A stretch of 37,358 nt of DNA, taken from positions 192,154 to 229,511 of the forward strand of contig JBNGIO010005973.1 in the NCBI GenBank assembly GCA_049999805.1, written 5' to 3'. Positions 35,144-37,358 of the stretch are shown here, in pieces. Under the pieces are notes generated by a model. The model saw only the letters and a list, made by a program, of their open reading frames with translations. It ran no database searches and was not told the origin of the DNA. A program made the translations under genes and the position numbers. Each line of letters starts with the position of its first letter. The stretch's first letter is position 1. The stretch is from Folioceros fuciformis. Lineage: Eukaryota.

Positions 35144-37358
35144 AGATATTTGACAGTCAAGTATTGGTAATATATAAAGTTTACATTTATTGCTATCTCC
35201 TGCCGAAGGAGACGGATAGCACCGGATAACGTTGCTTGGATTCCTCTTGGGTCTCATCACAAGCTCAGCTCAATGTGTGGGTCCTGATTAACAGTGACGA
35301 CGGAAACCCAAGTAGGGATTCGGGCTGCTGGCATCGGTCGCTGGAATGGTGGCTTTGCTCGCATCGTCATGACATATTACGAGCATAAACGAGTCAGAAT
35401 CTGGAAGCGCACACACAGGATCTCGATGGTCCAGCCTCGGCATCAAGAAACGGCCATTCTCTAACAGTACCCCTGGTCAATACTATGGCTGATTGTGTCA
35501 ATGCTTGTTCCCTAGAGGTCGCCCCACGAAGAGCTGATCACTAACACGTATGTATGCTTCTGCATCTGTTCATTTGTAGACTCCAAGCTTTTGCTTTCTT
35601 GATGACCTGGCGGTGACCAGCACATCCATGCCCTCGTCCAGGGTGTTCAACTTAGGTGAACGGGGTTTGTCCCCTCCGCACTGTGAGACAGCCTACTGAT
35701 TGTCTCAAGTTTGAACCATCACATGACCATCCAGTATGCAAGTTCATTTCTCATTCAGACTCACGACATGGCGTGATGTCTGCGGGTTCTCATCAACAAC
35801 ACCACTCTGCCACCTTCTGTTTCCTGCTCACAGAGCGGAAGCCAGGCCGACAGGCTGGCGGCCTGGCAGCGGATCATCCACTGATCATGTCCCACAGAGC
35901 CTGAAGACGCAAGCGCGGGTACGATCGGCTGCGTGACACTTCTGTGACTCTTGCTGTCTGAAGCTCTGACCTAATCAAGCCCTGATCCAATGTACGCAGG
36001 ACAGCCGTAAGCTCCGTGCAGACACCGGTCGTGTCTCCTGCCTTCTGCCTCCTCAGTCCTGCCTGCACACATGCTGTCCACACACAGAAGCTTCCCTACC
36101 TTCTCTTCCCGTGCTTGCTCCCGCTCCGTGCAGATGGCAGTCGTCCGGGTCAAGCGGCAGAGGAGAAGGAAACCGCCATCCGTGCATCGCCCGTGTAACC
36201 TCCCCGCAACCCTAAACCCTGCCCGCTCTGAACGGCAAATTCCGGCTGGCCTCTCTCCTGACACCAACAACAACTCCAGCCTGTGATGACCTAGGAGTTG
36301 AAGCCTCCCGGGAAGCAACCGGCTCTCGCTGACACGACGCCTGGCAGGTTTCAGTTATTCCAGTATGTACTTCCTGCCTCCCCATCAGCCCTCTGCTCAC
36401 GACCTGAGTAACTCCCTCTGCCAGTTCTTGAATGCCGCATCGCCAGGCCTGGCAGAGCCCCAACAGACTCGTCAGGCCCCTTCATCAAGCTCTGGGTCGC
36501 TCGGCCTTCCCGCCCTGAGCTCCCTCGATGCTGCCCCTTCGTGAGAGCTCCAACTCGGAGTCGTGAAGGAAGCCAGCGCCGCGCTGCAACGTCGACGTTC
36601 GTACGACCATACAGGCGGTCTGAAATTCTTGGAAGCCTGGACGGTGCTGTTGGGCATCACGCTGGCAATCCTTTCACAGGTCCCCGGTTGGAGCCCGGGA
36701 TCAGACAATAATCGTCCCTGCCATGCGCTGATTGTGGAAAGGGGGAGCGGGAGCGGGAGGCGTTACATTCTATGGCAGAGGCTGTGTCCCTCGCCTCACG
36801 CAAGCCTCCGACTTGATGGAGGCAAGGCGAAGCTCTCCTTCCCTCTCCTTTCCTTCTCTGATCGCGCTATCGTGCCGTTCACGATCGGCCGGCAGTACAA
36901 GGATGTAGAATCCAGGTACCGGGTACCTCAGACAGGTCTACATTGCGTAATGACGTAGGACATCCGTGCGAACAGGCTGCGGCGGAGAGAAGAAAATCTG
37001 GGGGTCAGATTTGGACGTACCACCACCTCCTTCGCGGAGCTTGAAGGCGCGGGATCCGCTGGCTCCGCGTTCCATTCTCCCCCACTCTGTTTCAAGGGGC
37101 TCGATTTTAAGGCGGCTGGGCGAGCGTGGGAGGAGGTGAGGCTCTGCGAGGATGGAGAGGCTCAAGGCGGAGACGGAGAGTCTGCTGCCGACGACGCCCA
37201 AGAGGAAGGCATCGTCAGGCACCGAGTACCAGCCGCCTCCGAAACAGGGTTCGAAGCGGGGGCGAGGACCCAACGCGAGCGGGGACGAGGAGGCCACCAG
37301 CAGGCTGCGGCTCCCGGGCCGGGTAGCGGACGCGGGAGCAGCTCCATCCCTGGAGAGC

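Noticed and set aside
36208-36220. Telomere-like AACCCTAAACCCT (also AAACCCTA at 16201)
   Set aside because: Fewer than two full units; could be telo-boxes but indistinguishable from chance.

Overview
Eukaryotic nuclear DNA from a compact plant genome with short GT-AG introns (about 87-122 nt); a non-seed land plant such as a lycophyte is my inference from style and gene content, not a demonstration. In order, the window holds: an mTERF gene open at the left edge; a convergent 9-exon TYW1 wybutosine-synthesis gene; a decayed 2OG-Fe(II) dioxygenase; a giant two-exon gene (~2380 aa); a tandem F-box pair (one intact, one pseudogene) separated by a 26-bp minisatellite; an orphan histidine-kinase receiver fragment; a ~12.5 kb nest of Ty1/copia retrotransposons with one assembly gap; a decayed coiled-coil ORF; a DOG1/TGA-like terminal exon; and tRNA-Val(CAC). 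The giant gene fuses a long unassigned N-terminus, a GBP/VLIG-like (GB1/RHD3-type) GTPase, a ~450-aa Cys/His repeat array and a C-terminal vWA/MIDAS domain. It is the best candidate for an undescribed system, possibly an immune or remodelling machine of fungal affinity. All calls come from motif recognition by eye; no searches were run.
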